Source: an uncultured archaeon
GTDB taxonomy: Archaea; Asgardarchaeota; Heimdallarchaeia; Heimdallarchaeales; Heimdallarchaeaceae
Length of the DNA stretch: 64,000 nt
NCBI GenBank assembly: GCA_964549075.1
Contig: CAZJUB010000004.1
Span: forward strand, 4,314 to 68,313
Reading direction: 5' to 3'
Below, one piece after another: positions 18,712 to 28,038 of the stretch (position 1 is the first letter of the stretch; every line of letters starts with the position of its first letter). The notes beneath the pieces were generated by a model. The model made no database searches. It saw only the letters and a list, made by a program, of their open reading frames with translations, and had not been told where the DNA came from. Both the position numbers and the translations under genes were made by a program.

Positions 18712-18900
18712 ATATTAGGTTTTGCAGCTATAATTCCTAATTTTATAATCATAATAGGTACAACTGTATAGGGAATTGCAGTTGATAGATTTGGTAACAA
18801 ACCCTTTGTGCTAACTGGGTTATTAGGTTCAGCTATTATGTACTTTACTCTTTTATTTATCAATAAAGCTGTTGTTAGGTTATGCCAATATTTGCAATGA
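18712..18900 (+). pseudogene. Remnant of an MFS transporter gene, disrupted by an in-frame stop
   Basis: The frame reads ILGFAAIIPNFIIIIGTTV*GIAVDRFGNKPFVLTGLLGSAIMYFTLLFINK. This carries the MFS DRFGRK-type motif but has a TAG at 18769-18771 and further stops on either side. There is no intact ORF in the surrounding ~600 bp. Confidence 0.4.
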
Positions 18901-18999
18901 TAACCTCGATTTTTCCATTATTATTTTCAGGAGTGTTATTCATTTATCTGACAAAGAAAAAAGTATTGTTCTGAAAAAATTTAAGAGGTATAAAAATTA

Positions 19000-19038
19000 C
19001 TGGTCATTAGTGACCAGCAGTTTAAAATCAAGTGACCA
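19000..19038. promoter_or_regulatory. Hairpin/inverted repeat with a repeated TGACCA half-site, upstream of ORF 19080
   Basis: CTGGTCA-ttag-TGACCAG (19000-19017) plus a third GTGACCA at 19032-19038. A TATA-like ataattataaatag (19042-19055) and an AGAGG RBS lie before the ATG at 19080. Confidence 0.3.
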
Positions 19039-19079
19039 ATCATAATTATAAATAGAAAACACAAAGAGGTTTAAAAAAA

Positions 19080-19421
19080 ATGAATATTGATGAACTCGGA
19101 GAAAAACTTGGTGAAGAAATCGAGAAAAAAATTAAGAAGGAAAAGAAAGATAAAGAAGATCCTGAAGAGATAAGAGAAATTCTCTCGGTTGTAGGTTCTG
19201 AAGTTCCTGCATTAATCAAGAACATTTTCACTGCATTGTATGATCCTGAAATTGCTTCAAATTATGGAAAAGGTATAGTAGCCTTATATGAACAATTGAA
19301 AGATAAAGGTATACCAGAGGATATGCTTAAAGAAATTGTTATGAATTTCTCTAAATCATTTGATGTTGTCGGTAAAGCAATGAAAAATATCAATGTCGAT
19401 AGAAAAGATGAAGACGATTAG
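19080..19421 (+). CDS. Hypothetical acidic, lysine/glutamate-rich protein
   Basis: 113-aa ORF with an SD-like sequence upstream. No recognisable motif. Confidence 0.4.
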   Translation: MNIDELGEKLGEEIEKKIKKEKKDKEDPEEIREILSVVGSEVPALIKNIFTALYDPEIASNYGKGIVALYEQLKDKGIPEDMLKEIVMNFSKSFDVVGKAMKNINVDRKDEDD

Positions 19422-19442
19422 AAATAGCAGTAAGGTGTAATA

Positions 19443-19757
19443 ATGTCAAGTAAATTTTGGAATGTTCTTGTGATTACCTATTACATCTCTTATCTATTTC
19501 TAATTATACCTCCTTTAGCTTTATATTATCTTTTTGCAAATGGGTACAGAAGAAGAAGAAATAAGAGAACTGTAAGTAAAATTCTTAAAAAAGGAGGATT
19601 ACCTAAAGAGCTCCAAAAAGGGATTAGACAATCATATAGGGATCAGCTTAAAACTTTTAAAATAATTAACTTGGTCAAAAATAGCAAGGGGATAAAAGGC
19701 TCTAAAGATGAGGATAAAACTAATTTCGCTGGTTTTTTTAAATTCACAACGTCATAA
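19443..19757 (+). CDS. Hypothetical small membrane protein with a basic tail
   Basis: 104 aa. One N-terminal TM helix (VLVITYYISYLFLIIPPLALYYLFA) followed by an R/K-rich segment. Confidence 0.35.
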   Translation: MSSKFWNVLVITYYISYLFLIIPPLALYYLFANGYRRRRNKRTVSKILKKGGLPKELQKGIRQSYRDQLKTFKIINLVKNSKGIKGSKDEDKTNFAGFFKFTTS

Positions 19758-20237
19758 GTGATTTCTATGTCTGAGGATGAACAAAATTTGGAGGAAAGAA
19801 TTGCAGATTTAGAGGAAAAGATAAACTATGTTATCCTTCAGATTAACAATCTTCAACATAAAGTTTCAGATAGTAATCCTGAATTAAAACAGATGATGAA
19901 TCTATTACAAATATTAACTTCAACACTTCAGATTTCTAAAGCTCCTTTCACCATACTTAATCAAACTTTTTCTTTAAATGAGCGGATACACCAAAGATTC
20001 CCGGAACTCAAATATGACAATATTTCCAAAGTTATTGTAGATATTCTAGGTAAAAAAGGTAATTTGAACATTTCACAGCTAACTGAACAAGTTCGAAAAG
20101 AAAGAGGTTCTGCTTCTAGAAGGATAGTAAGAGAGAGAGTGGACATACTTATAGATTCAGGAATTATCCGTGAAGTTGATCATGGTTATGGAAGACAGAT
20201 TGAACTTATAGAACCTGAGGAAGAAGGAGAAGAATAG
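19758..20237 (+). CDS. Hypothetical coiled-coil protein with a C-terminal winged-helix-like segment
   Basis: 159 aa. N-terminal heptad-like LEERIADLEEKINYVILQINNLQ. C-terminal ISQLTEQVRKERGSASRRIVRERVDILIDSGIIREV. Confidence 0.4.
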   Translation: MISMSEDEQNLEERIADLEEKINYVILQINNLQHKVSDSNPELKQMMNLLQILTSTLQISKAPFTILNQTFSLNERIHQRFPELKYDNISKVIVDILGKKGNLNISQLTEQVRKERGSASRRIVRERVDILIDSGIIREVDHGYGRQIELIEPEEEGEE

Positions 20238-20240
20238 AGA

Positions 20241-21191
20241 TTATTTCCAAACATTCTTCATAACTCGCAGAAAATTTTTATGTGTGATTTTTTCAAGATC
20301 TTGTTTACTATATCCATTATTCTCTAAGTGGTCTAATAGAACTGGAAAATAACTAACATCTTTGACTACTTCTGGTACTGTTGCACCATCATAATCTGAA
20401 CCAAAGCTCATGTGATTTATCCCTACTAAATCGACTATATGATCAATATGCTTTCTCATATCTTCAAGTTCAATTTCTTCAGGTTTTTTTTCTGAATGCA
20501 AAAACGATACACAGAAGTTCAATCCTATAGTACCATCTTTTTCAGCAATTGCTTGGATTTGGTCATCCTTCAAATTACGAAAATGTGAACAAATTGCAAA
20601 AGTATTACTATGCGAAGCTATAATAGGTTTCTTTGTTGTTTCAATTACATCCCAGAAAGATTTTTCGTTTAAATGACTCACATCAATTATGATTCCTAAT
20701 CTATTCATTTCCTCAACTAAATCTCTTCCTTCATCAGTTAAACCTCGTTCTAAATTAAATCCTTCACCTGTTCTAGGATTGAAAGTGACACCTGTAGCAA
20801 AACGATTCACATTAGACCAACTCAAACCTATACTTCTTAAACCAACTCTATAATAATTACGTAAAGCCATTAAACTAGAATCTAATCCTCCTGAACCTTC
20901 AAAATGAAGAATAGCACCAACTTTATTTTCTTCTATACTTTTTTTAAAGTCTTCAACTTTCTTGATATGCATAAGTTGGTTATCTGGATTTTCTATAAGT
21001 TTAAACCATTGATCAATACCTCTTAAAATATCAAAATCACTCCAACTTGGAAAAATTGCAAAAAACGCTGCTTCAACTCCACCTTTTTTCATACGTGGTA
21101 GATCAACATGTCCTCTATCAGATTCATTCGCAAATGTACGCATTTCTCTCATTAATGCCCATAATACGTCTGTGTGTCCATCGATAATCAT
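20241..21191 (-). CDS. Membrane (renal-type) dipeptidase, peptidase family M19
   Basis: 316 aa starting MIIDGHTDVL (M19 xIDGHNDxP-type motif). The protein shows M19-like His/Glu/Asp spacing. Confidence 0.6.
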   Translation of the reverse strand: MIIDGHTDVLWALMREMRTFANESDRGHVDLPRMKKGGVEAAFFAIFPSWSDFDILRGIDQWFKLIENPDNQLMHIKKVEDFKKSIEENKVGAILHFEGSGGLDSSLMALRNYYRVGLRSIGLSWSNVNRFATGVTFNPRTGEGFNLERGLTDEGRDLVEEMNRLGIIIDVSHLNEKSFWDVIETTKKPIIASHSNTFAICSHFRNLKDDQIQAIAEKDGTIGLNFCVSFLHSEKKPEEIELEDMRKHIDHIVDLVGINHMSFGSDYDGATVPEVVKDVSYFPVLLDHLENNGYSKQDLEKITHKNFLRVMKNVWK

Positions 21192-21235
21192 TCAAAAATA
21201 GGTTAAACAATTTAATTAAAAACTTTCTTGATAAC

Positions 21236-22066
21236 TTAGAACAATCCTAGCCTTTTTAGTACGTATAGGACTGATAAAGTAGTAGCTACATCAAATTCTT
21301 CTCCATCTTCAGAATCCCATCTTCCATCACTTAACTGTCTTTGCGCGAGGACATCTATAAGTTTAGAAACCCACTCATGATTAAGAAGATTTGCGTTGAT
21401 AAAACTTTCAATCATCCAAACTATTGAAGAAGACGGGTAATTTTCTAGTTGGAAAGTATGAAGCATTTCCAGCCCTCTTCGGGAAATACTGTCCTCTTTT
21501 CCCTTGATTTTAATAAAGGAAGGAATCGCATTCCACAAAGCATGTGAGTAACTTTTAAATCCAGTATCATCCCTCCAGTTTCGTGATAAATAAACGATAC
21601 AATTTTCAATAATTCCAGCATATTTTTTATCTTTCAAACCAATTAAGAAATTCAAAACAATAGATGTACAATAAATCTGATTTGGTTTGGTTCCAGGTGT
21701 TTCCCAAGGTTCATAATCGAAATTTTTTATACTAATAGGTTCTTCAAAAAATCCTTCTTCATTCTGATTCTGGAGGAGGAAATGAACAGCCTTATCAAGA
21801 AATTCTTTAACTATCTCTGTTTTTTCAAGTATCAGAAAATCCTTGAAAAAAGTTATCGTTGGACCTATAGTACTAATACTATCTTTTCTCATCTTAAAAG
21901 GGATTCCACCATCAGAATTTTGTAATGTTAGATATTCAGCAAGTTTATTCATCGTATTGGAATTTTCATTCAATAAAAGAGATAGTTTGAGTTTATCTAT
22001 GTCTTTCCCCTTTTCTCTGATAAAATAGATTGCTTTATCAATATCGAAAGAAACCTCTTGCATCAA
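21236..22066 (-). CDS. Prenyltransferase/squalene-oxidase repeat (alpha-alpha toroid) protein
   Basis: Repeated QxxDGG-type motifs: LQNSDGGIPFK, LQNQNEEGFFEE and QLSDGRWDSEDG. Confidence 0.5.
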   Translation of the reverse strand: MMQEVSFDIDKAIYFIREKGKDIDKLKLSLLLNENSNTMNKLAEYLTLQNSDGGIPFKMRKDSISTIGPTITFFKDFLILEKTEIVKEFLDKAVHFLLQNQNEEGFFEEPISIKNFDYEPWETPGTKPNQIYCTSIVLNFLIGLKDKKYAGIIENCIVYLSRNWRDDTGFKSYSHALWNAIPSFIKIKGKEDSISRRGLEMLHTFQLENYPSSSIVWMIESFINANLLNHEWVSKLIDVLAQRQLSDGRWDSEDGEEFDVATTLSVLYVLKRLGLF

Positions 22067-22110
22067 TAAATATAAACAACAATAGTTCTTAAACCTAATG
22101 TGAATTTACA

Positions 22111-22839
22111 TCAGTTGAGTTTCAATTTCTTTAACATTTTTTCTGCTGCTTCTTTTTTTGCAGCTTTTCGATTTTGTCCTTTCCCAATAGTACTGATGGT
22201 TTTATCTTCAATTATGACTTTACATTCCATATGGAAAACTGGTTCATGATCACTTCCTCCTTTTTTGATCAAACTATATTCGGGAAGATCAAGATCTTCT
22301 TTTTGAAAAAATTCTTGTAATATATTTATGGGATTTTTTTCGCAAATAGTGAGTTTCAGAATCTTTTCTCTTCCTTCTTCGTTTTTCAAATCTTCTTTAA
22401 ACTGATGAAGATTTTTCTGAAAGATTCTTCTGAAAAACTCTCTAGCTACATCAAGTCCTTCAGAAAGATAGAAAGCGCCAAAAATTGCTTCTACTACATC
22501 CTCTAAATCTGTTTCTGCTACTTGATACTTTGATTCTGTTCTAAGATATTTTGCTATTTTCAAATCTTTTCCTACTTCTGCAAGAGCATTTGTTCTTACT
22601 AATAATGATCGAAGTTGAGACATCAAACCCACTTCCTCATCAGTTTCTTTAAATAGCCATTCTGCTGATAATAAATCTAATACAGCATCACCTAAAAATT
22701 CAAGTCTTTCAAAATCTTTAGCATCTGGATGTTCTGCTTTTAGATTTGGATGAGTAAATGCTTCTAGCAGTAGATCTTTATTTATTTTCCAGTCCAAAAT
22801 TATTCCATTTTTAAAATCTATTTTATTGGTTTTAGACAT
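22111..22839 (-). CDS. rnc: Ribonuclease III with a C-terminal dsRBD
   Basis: RNase III signature ERLEFLGDAVLDL. The catalytic region reads DVVEAIFGAFYLSEG. The C-terminal dsRBD reads HEPVFHMECKVIIEDKTISTIGKGQNRKAAKKEAAEKMLKKL. Confidence 0.85.
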   Translation of the reverse strand: MSKTNKIDFKNGIILDWKINKDLLLEAFTHPNLKAEHPDAKDFERLEFLGDAVLDLLSAEWLFKETDEEVGLMSQLRSLLVRTNALAEVGKDLKIAKYLRTESKYQVAETDLEDVVEAIFGAFYLSEGLDVAREFFRRIFQKNLHQFKEDLKNEEGREKILKLTICEKNPINILQEFFQKEDLDLPEYSLIKKGGSDHEPVFHMECKVIIEDKTISTIGKGQNRKAAKKEAAEKMLKKLKLN

Positions 22840-22893
22840 GTTGAGAAATTATCTATAATAGAGTTTTTAAATTCATTCATAAGTAGTAGTAAA

Positions 22894-23346
22894 ATGGAGT
22901 ATTATAATCCAATAACTGAATTAGAATGGGCATATGGCACTTGGGGAGGTAAAATACTTGTTGAAGATAAAGAACAAGAATCTCATTTAATAATCAGTTC
23001 CATAGGTTCAGGAATTATTGAATTTAATCTAACAACGAGTAAAAATGATATTAAGTATCAACTTGAAAAAAATATATTTTTCTATGATAAAACAAATGAA
23101 ATAGCCAAACTCTTTTCTTTTAATTCAGAAGGTTATATCGAATTCTCTGACATTTCAATTAAAAGTAAAAATAAGCAAACAGAGATTCTAAGTAATTTTT
23201 ATTCAGGATATAACTTACCTCCAAACATCAAAATAACAAAAAAATGGCGTTTCTTTAAAAATCCTAAACAATTATTCTGTGAAGTTAAAATGGGAAAAGA
23301 AGAAAAAACAGTTGTATCAGCAGAATTACGTTTTTTAGGAAGATAA
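22894..23346 (+). CDS. Hypothetical protein
   Basis: 150-aa ORF co-oriented with the downstream archaemetzincin-like, methyltransferase and membrane-paralog genes. No motif recognised. Confidence 0.4.
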   Translation: MEYYNPITELEWAYGTWGGKILVEDKEQESHLIISSIGSGIIEFNLTTSKNDIKYQLEKNIFFYDKTNEIAKLFSFNSEGYIEFSDISIKSKNKQTEILSNFYSGYNLPPNIKITKKWRFFKNPKQLFCEVKMGKEEKTVVSAELRFLGR

Positions 23347-23438
23347 ATCTATTTAAATTTCTTAATGAATAGGTAAGTTTGCATTGAAATAATCATAAAG
23401 ATTATTAGAGTTGAATACATATTAAAACTTGATAACGA

Positions 23439-23930
23439 TTGCCTAGAGATTTCAAATTATTTTATGGAGAAAAAGTGCCTGATGAGATATCAGACCATGT
23501 TGAAAGGCACTTAAACGACACTTTTGGAATTCATTTTAGGTCAGTCGGACTTCGATTACCCAGTCAAATTTCTTGGGTTGCTACGGCTAATGCTTATGAT
23601 GCAAAAAGCTTAATTGCTAATATTAATGCAGATAGAATCAACTTCTGTATGTGGCTGATTGCTTATCCTATTGTAGTGAATGGAAAATCTGTCTTCGGAT
23701 ATGCTGAACCTCTTAATGGTGCTGTTATCTCTACCACAAAAATGGCTACAAGAACTTTAATTGCTAAAGAAGTTGCTCATTTTGTTGGTATTGTCTTAGG
23801 GTTAACCAATTGTAAGAATAATTGTTTAATGACAGAAACTGAAAGTTTTGAAAGGTTGGTTCAAAAGCCTTCTTATTTATGTGATTCATGTAAAATTAGA
23901 TTTCAGAAACTTAAAATTAGGTATATGTAA
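23439..23930 (+). CDS. Archaemetzincin-like protein with a degenerate HExxH region
   Basis: 163 aa. The C-terminal Cys pattern NCKNNCLM-x16-CDSC fits the archaemetzincin Cx(3-4)CxM-x17-CxxC arrangement. The expected HExxHxxGxxH region reads KEVAHFVGIVLGLTN. Confidence 0.4.
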   Translation: MPRDFKLFYGEKVPDEISDHVERHLNDTFGIHFRSVGLRLPSQISWVATANAYDAKSLIANINADRINFCMWLIAYPIVVNGKSVFGYAEPLNGAVISTTKMATRTLIAKEVAHFVGIVLGLTNCKNNCLMTETESFERLVQKPSYLCDSCKIRFQKLKIRYM

Positions 23931-24004
23931 TCTGCCATACTTGATGTACCAAAGTTTTTGAATAATATCTTTATCTTAAAATTAAAGCTATTCAGGAGAA
24001 AGTA

Positions 24005-25963
24005 ATGAGTATTCTAGCTTACCTTGAGAAAATTCTACATAAAATCGACAAAGTGTTGTTGAACCAAGGTTATACGGAAGATGAATTACATCAAGAAGGA
24101 TTTCGAATTCTTGGAGAATTATATTTACTCAGTAGTTTGGAAAGAAATGGTTTGTTAAATGCAAATGATAGTTTTCAAAATAAGCAGAAAGAAGTCGTAA
24201 ATTCTTTTCCAACGATCTTATCAGGAAAAATAGATACTTTATGCAGTAGTGCTTATGATGATTTACTTAAGCTTAGAGAAAATTATCAAAAAGATTCTCA
24301 ACTAGATATTCTTGGATCTTTATATCAGAATGTTCTTACAAGATGGTATATCCAAGATCAAGGGATTGTTTTTACACCTGTACCAATTGTAGAGTATATA
24401 CTATCTCAAATAGACTTTCAATTAAATTCATTTCAAAAAGATGAGAATATAATTGATTTATCATGTGGTTCAGGAATTTTTCTTCGTAAAGCTGCAGAGA
24501 ACGCAATTAAAAGTGCTATCTTTAAGAATGAAGAATATAATTTTATCCAAGAATACGTAAATAAAAACATTATAGGTTTTGATATTGATCCTGATGCGAT
24601 TTTTATTTCTCACATCAGTTTAACAGATCTTTTAATAGAAAAACTAAAACAAAATTACTCATTAGATATTAAATTTAATCCTAAAATTTTCCAAACAAAT
24701 TCTTTAGTTGAGAATGATAAAAATGATATCTTAGAAGTACAGAATCTCAAACATTCAAAGTTTAATTATGTAGTTGGTAATCCGCCTTATATAGAATCCA
24801 AAATTATGGATGAAGAAACTAAACAAATATGTATTCAGCATTTTCCTGAAGCAGCTAGGGGTCATTTTGATGTTTATTCATGTTTTCTATCTTTAGGAAC
24901 AAGAGTATTAACGAAGGGTGGAAAATTAGGTTATATTATTCCAAATAAATTTCTCAGCTCTAACTATGCTAGAAAACTAAGAGAAAAATATCTCTCTTCA
25001 AACTGTATTTCTCAGATAGTTGATTTATCACATAATGGTGTATTTCAACCTGCAGTATACCCTATAATTTTGATAATAGATAATCAAAATACTTTAAAAA
25101 ATAGCATCAAAATTTCTCGAGCAAAAAGCCTTAACGACTTATCTCTTGATACTTTTTCTCATAACACAAAGATCGTAAAAACGAGTAATTTTCTTAAAAC
25201 TTATAATAAAACAATTTTCATCCTTGAAAATCCAATATTAGATATGGTAAACAGGATTTTCTCAGCGAGTTCTTTGACTTTAGGTGAGTTAGTTAGATTT
25301 CGGTGGGCAATTTCGTTTCATAGAAAAGGATTGCGGGAATTGTTTGTATCAAAAGTCCCTCGAGGACACTCTCCTGTTAAATTTCTTGGGGGTAAAGCTT
25401 TTGGAGGAAATAGAGAAATCAATCGTTATAACTTAAATTGGAAAGGTTATTGGATTGATTACGACCATAAAAAAGCAAAAAGTGTTAGGAATAATTTTCC
25501 TGATTATGAGTATTTTAAAAAAGAGAAAATTATAATTTGTCAGCATGCATTAAGAATAAGAGCAACAGTAGATTATGAAGGATATGCATGTAAAGATATT
25601 TTTATTATTGGGCATCTTACAAAGAAATCAAGAGAATTAAGGATTAGTCTAGAATACATCCTAGCGTTACTAAATTCAGAACTATATAGTCATCTCTATT
25701 CAAATATGTATTCTAGTACAGAAATTATGGGTAAATATCTTCACTACTTACCAATGTATCTACATGATCTTCCCGTAATAAAACCTACAGAAAGCGACAT
25801 TGTATATCTAGAAAGTTTGGTGAAAAAAAGATTACAACAAGCAAGTGATGAGTTCTCCTCAATTGATGAAGAAATTGATCAGAAAGTCTATGAAATTTAC
25901 AATTGTAGCAAAGAAGAGATAGAACTAGCAAAAAAACATATAAAAGAATATCTAGTGAAATAA
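24005..25963 (+). CDS. N6-adenine DNA methyltransferase, Eco57I/TaqI-like gamma-class
   Basis: 652 aa. Contains an N-terminal helical domain, motif X IVFTPVPIVEYIL, motif I IDLSCGSGIFL, motif IV VVGNPPYIESK, and a ~350-aa C-terminal TRD-like region. Confidence 0.7.
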   Translation: MSILAYLEKILHKIDKVLLNQGYTEDELHQEGFRILGELYLLSSLERNGLLNANDSFQNKQKEVVNSFPTILSGKIDTLCSSAYDDLLKLRENYQKDSQLDILGSLYQNVLTRWYIQDQGIVFTPVPIVEYILSQIDFQLNSFQKDENIIDLSCGSGIFLRKAAENAIKSAIFKNEEYNFIQEYVNKNIIGFDIDPDAIFISHISLTDLLIEKLKQNYSLDIKFNPKIFQTNSLVENDKNDILEVQNLKHSKFNYVVGNPPYIESKIMDEETKQICIQHFPEAARGHFDVYSCFLSLGTRVLTKGGKLGYIIPNKFLSSNYARKLREKYLSSNCISQIVDLSHNGVFQPAVYPIILIIDNQNTLKNSIKISRAKSLNDLSLDTFSHNTKIVKTSNFLKTYNKTIFILENPILDMVNRIFSASSLTLGELVRFRWAISFHRKGLRELFVSKVPRGHSPVKFLGGKAFGGNREINRYNLNWKGYWIDYDHKKAKSVRNNFPDYEYFKKEKIIICQHALRIRATVDYEGYACKDIFIIGHLTKKSRELRISLEYILALLNSELYSHLYSNMYSSTEIMGKYLHYLPMYLHDLPVIKPTESDIVYLESLVKKRLQQASDEFSSIDEEIDQKVYEIYNCSKEEIELAKKHIKEYLVK

Positions 25964-25988
25964 GTGAGAGAAATAAAAACATCTGAAC

Positions 25989-28028
25989 TTGGTTGAGTTT
26001 ATGTCAAAAGAGAGTACCGATGAGGTGATAAGTTCTTTTCAGGAGTTCATAAATAATCACCCAAAGCTACAAAAATCCTATGAAATCACCCGTTCTTTCC
26101 TTCATCGAAAAAGTACGGAAGGTAGCGAAGCTTTTAGAGAAAGTATGAGTAAAACTTGGTTTTTTACCCGAGAGAATATTATTCCTTATTTTGCTCCTCT
26201 TGCTTTCATCTTTCTATTGTTTTATTTCATATTTTTATACCCATTTATCAAACTATTTACTTGGTTATATCGAATTCTTTTACCTCCTAAGTTTCGTAAT
26301 AATTTAAAGAAAGTTTCATTTATCATTATTGCAGGTTTATTTACTTTTGTGTCAGTTGTAGGAAAGATACTTTTAGTTATTTATGATATCTTAGTTCCAA
26401 CAGGATTACGAGAACTTGTACCTCTTCTTCAATTGTACAGAAAATATGTGTTAGTTATTTCAAATATCTTATCTGGAGAGAAATCTCAAGAGATTATGGA
26501 AGTATCAGAAGAGCTAGATGAATTGATGCTAAAAGAACAAAAAATGATAAAGAATTATCCTATTAGAAGAGGAGTAGGTGAGGTCATCAATTTAGCTGTT
26601 ACTCCTTTGGTATTTATAGCAATACCTACTCTTATTGTACGTATTTTTCGAATAGGTTATGCAACACTATTCTTTACTATAGATAAACTTTCAACTCTTG
26701 GTCCTCTAGGTCCTCATAATTATCTAAGGTACTTTGATTTACTCAGATTGATTCAGGATTTAACAGGTTTAGGACCTATCTATTCTGTAGCTTTATTTGG
26801 TACTGGCTTACTTCTTGCAAGTTGGATCGCAACCATATTTGGACCAATTTATGCAGTATTTCACAGCTGTAGTGTTACCTTGATGAGGTTTGGATCATAT
26901 CGTTGGGCTAATATTTACCAAAGTCTAGAAAATTTCTTTTCTCTTCCTTATTATGCTGCAAAATCATCTTTCAGTTTCTTTGATGCTCCTCCGATATCAA
27001 TCGAAACGTACAAGGATTTTAAATTGGTAATTGAGGATGAAGTAGATACGATAAAAGAGAAAGTTCAATCACTTATTGTTTTAGATAGTGTTAAAGTCCC
27101 TGAACGTTCCAAAGAGATGTTAGAAGATCTTTTAGGGAAAGCTGAATTGACTTTAAATGAGCTTGATATTTCACGAATAGAACAAGAAACAGCTCGAACA
27201 TTTGCACTTCTTATTTGGAGTAAAGAAGCATCAATTTTTCCTTGGATATCAAATGAAGCTAAAAGCACATTCGCTAAACAAAATGATATGTCTGTTGAAG
27301 AAGTAGGAAAAGCTTTTAGTTTGATTCTAAAGAAAATTGATGAAGGGTATCTCACAGATGATCTTTTTTCGTCTGTTTTAATAACCGGAGCTTTGAAAGG
27401 TATTAACGATCAACAAAAGAAATACAAACAGCTATTAGATGATATCGAATATAACAAACTAGCTATTTCCTTAGCTCTAGGAGCAAGACAATATCTAAAG
27501 GATCAATTTGCAAAAAAACCTTGGTATAAGAAAATTGGAAAGAAGATTTTAATTTCATTAATTGCTCCTTTTATGCCTTTAGCTGTTATAATTCTAGCAT
27601 TTTATAACTATTTCAAACACATAATTTTGTCAACATTAAAAGCAATCATTGCTTTAGGAACAACCCGTGTAGGTCGTTTTATTTCTAGAAGATTTCTAGA
27701 AATTCGTGATACCATCATAACTACTTTTGACACAGTATCTTCGATGGGAAAAGAATTTAGCTTCAAAGAAGATTTGAATATAGATTTTAACAAGGCTCTC
27801 AAAATAACTGGAAAGATAATATTTAGACTAATCTTTTTTGTACCAGTACTTCTTTATTCTCTTTACAAAACAATAAGAAGATTATTTTACAGGATCTTTA
27901 AAAGGAGAAGTGAGGAGGAAGGGATGAGAAGAAGGTTTGAAAGAGAATTAGCAAAAGCATCTCTTGTGGCAATGTATCAAGAGATTTATGATAAAATGTT
28001 AATCTCAGACTTATTAATTACAGATTAA
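25989..28028 (+). CDS. Large polytopic membrane protein of unknown function (paralog family member 2)
   Basis: 679 aa. It starts 25 bp after the methyltransferase stop. Conserved blocks: VPTGLRELVP, NYPIRRGVGE, FGPIYAVFH, SLPYYAAKSSFSFFDAPP, ARTFALLIWSKE, MYQEIYDKM. Confidence 0.6.
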   Translation: MVEFMSKESTDEVISSFQEFINNHPKLQKSYEITRSFLHRKSTEGSEAFRESMSKTWFFTRENIIPYFAPLAFIFLLFYFIFLYPFIKLFTWLYRILLPPKFRNNLKKVSFIIIAGLFTFVSVVGKILLVIYDILVPTGLRELVPLLQLYRKYVLVISNILSGEKSQEIMEVSEELDELMLKEQKMIKNYPIRRGVGEVINLAVTPLVFIAIPTLIVRIFRIGYATLFFTIDKLSTLGPLGPHNYLRYFDLLRLIQDLTGLGPIYSVALFGTGLLLASWIATIFGPIYAVFHSCSVTLMRFGSYRWANIYQSLENFFSLPYYAAKSSFSFFDAPPISIETYKDFKLVIEDEVDTIKEKVQSLIVLDSVKVPERSKEMLEDLLGKAELTLNELDISRIEQETARTFALLIWSKEASIFPWISNEAKSTFAKQNDMSVEEVGKAFSLILKKIDEGYLTDDLFSSVLITGALKGINDQQKKYKQLLDDIEYNKLAISLALGARQYLKDQFAKKPWYKKIGKKILISLIAPFMPLAVIILAFYNYFKHIILSTLKAIIALGTTRVGRFISRRFLEIRDTIITTFDTVSSMGKEFSFKEDLNIDFNKALKITGKIIFRLIFFVPVLLYSLYKTIRRLFYRIFKRRSEEEGMRRRFERELAKASLVAMYQEIYDKMLISDLLITD

Positions 28029-28038
28029 ATAGTGATAC

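Noticed and set aside
18531-18863. 110-aa minus-strand ORF in the gene-free stretch
   Set aside because: The low-complexity translation is antisense to a clear MFS-like frame on the plus strand. It is most likely a spurious ORF in a pseudogene region.
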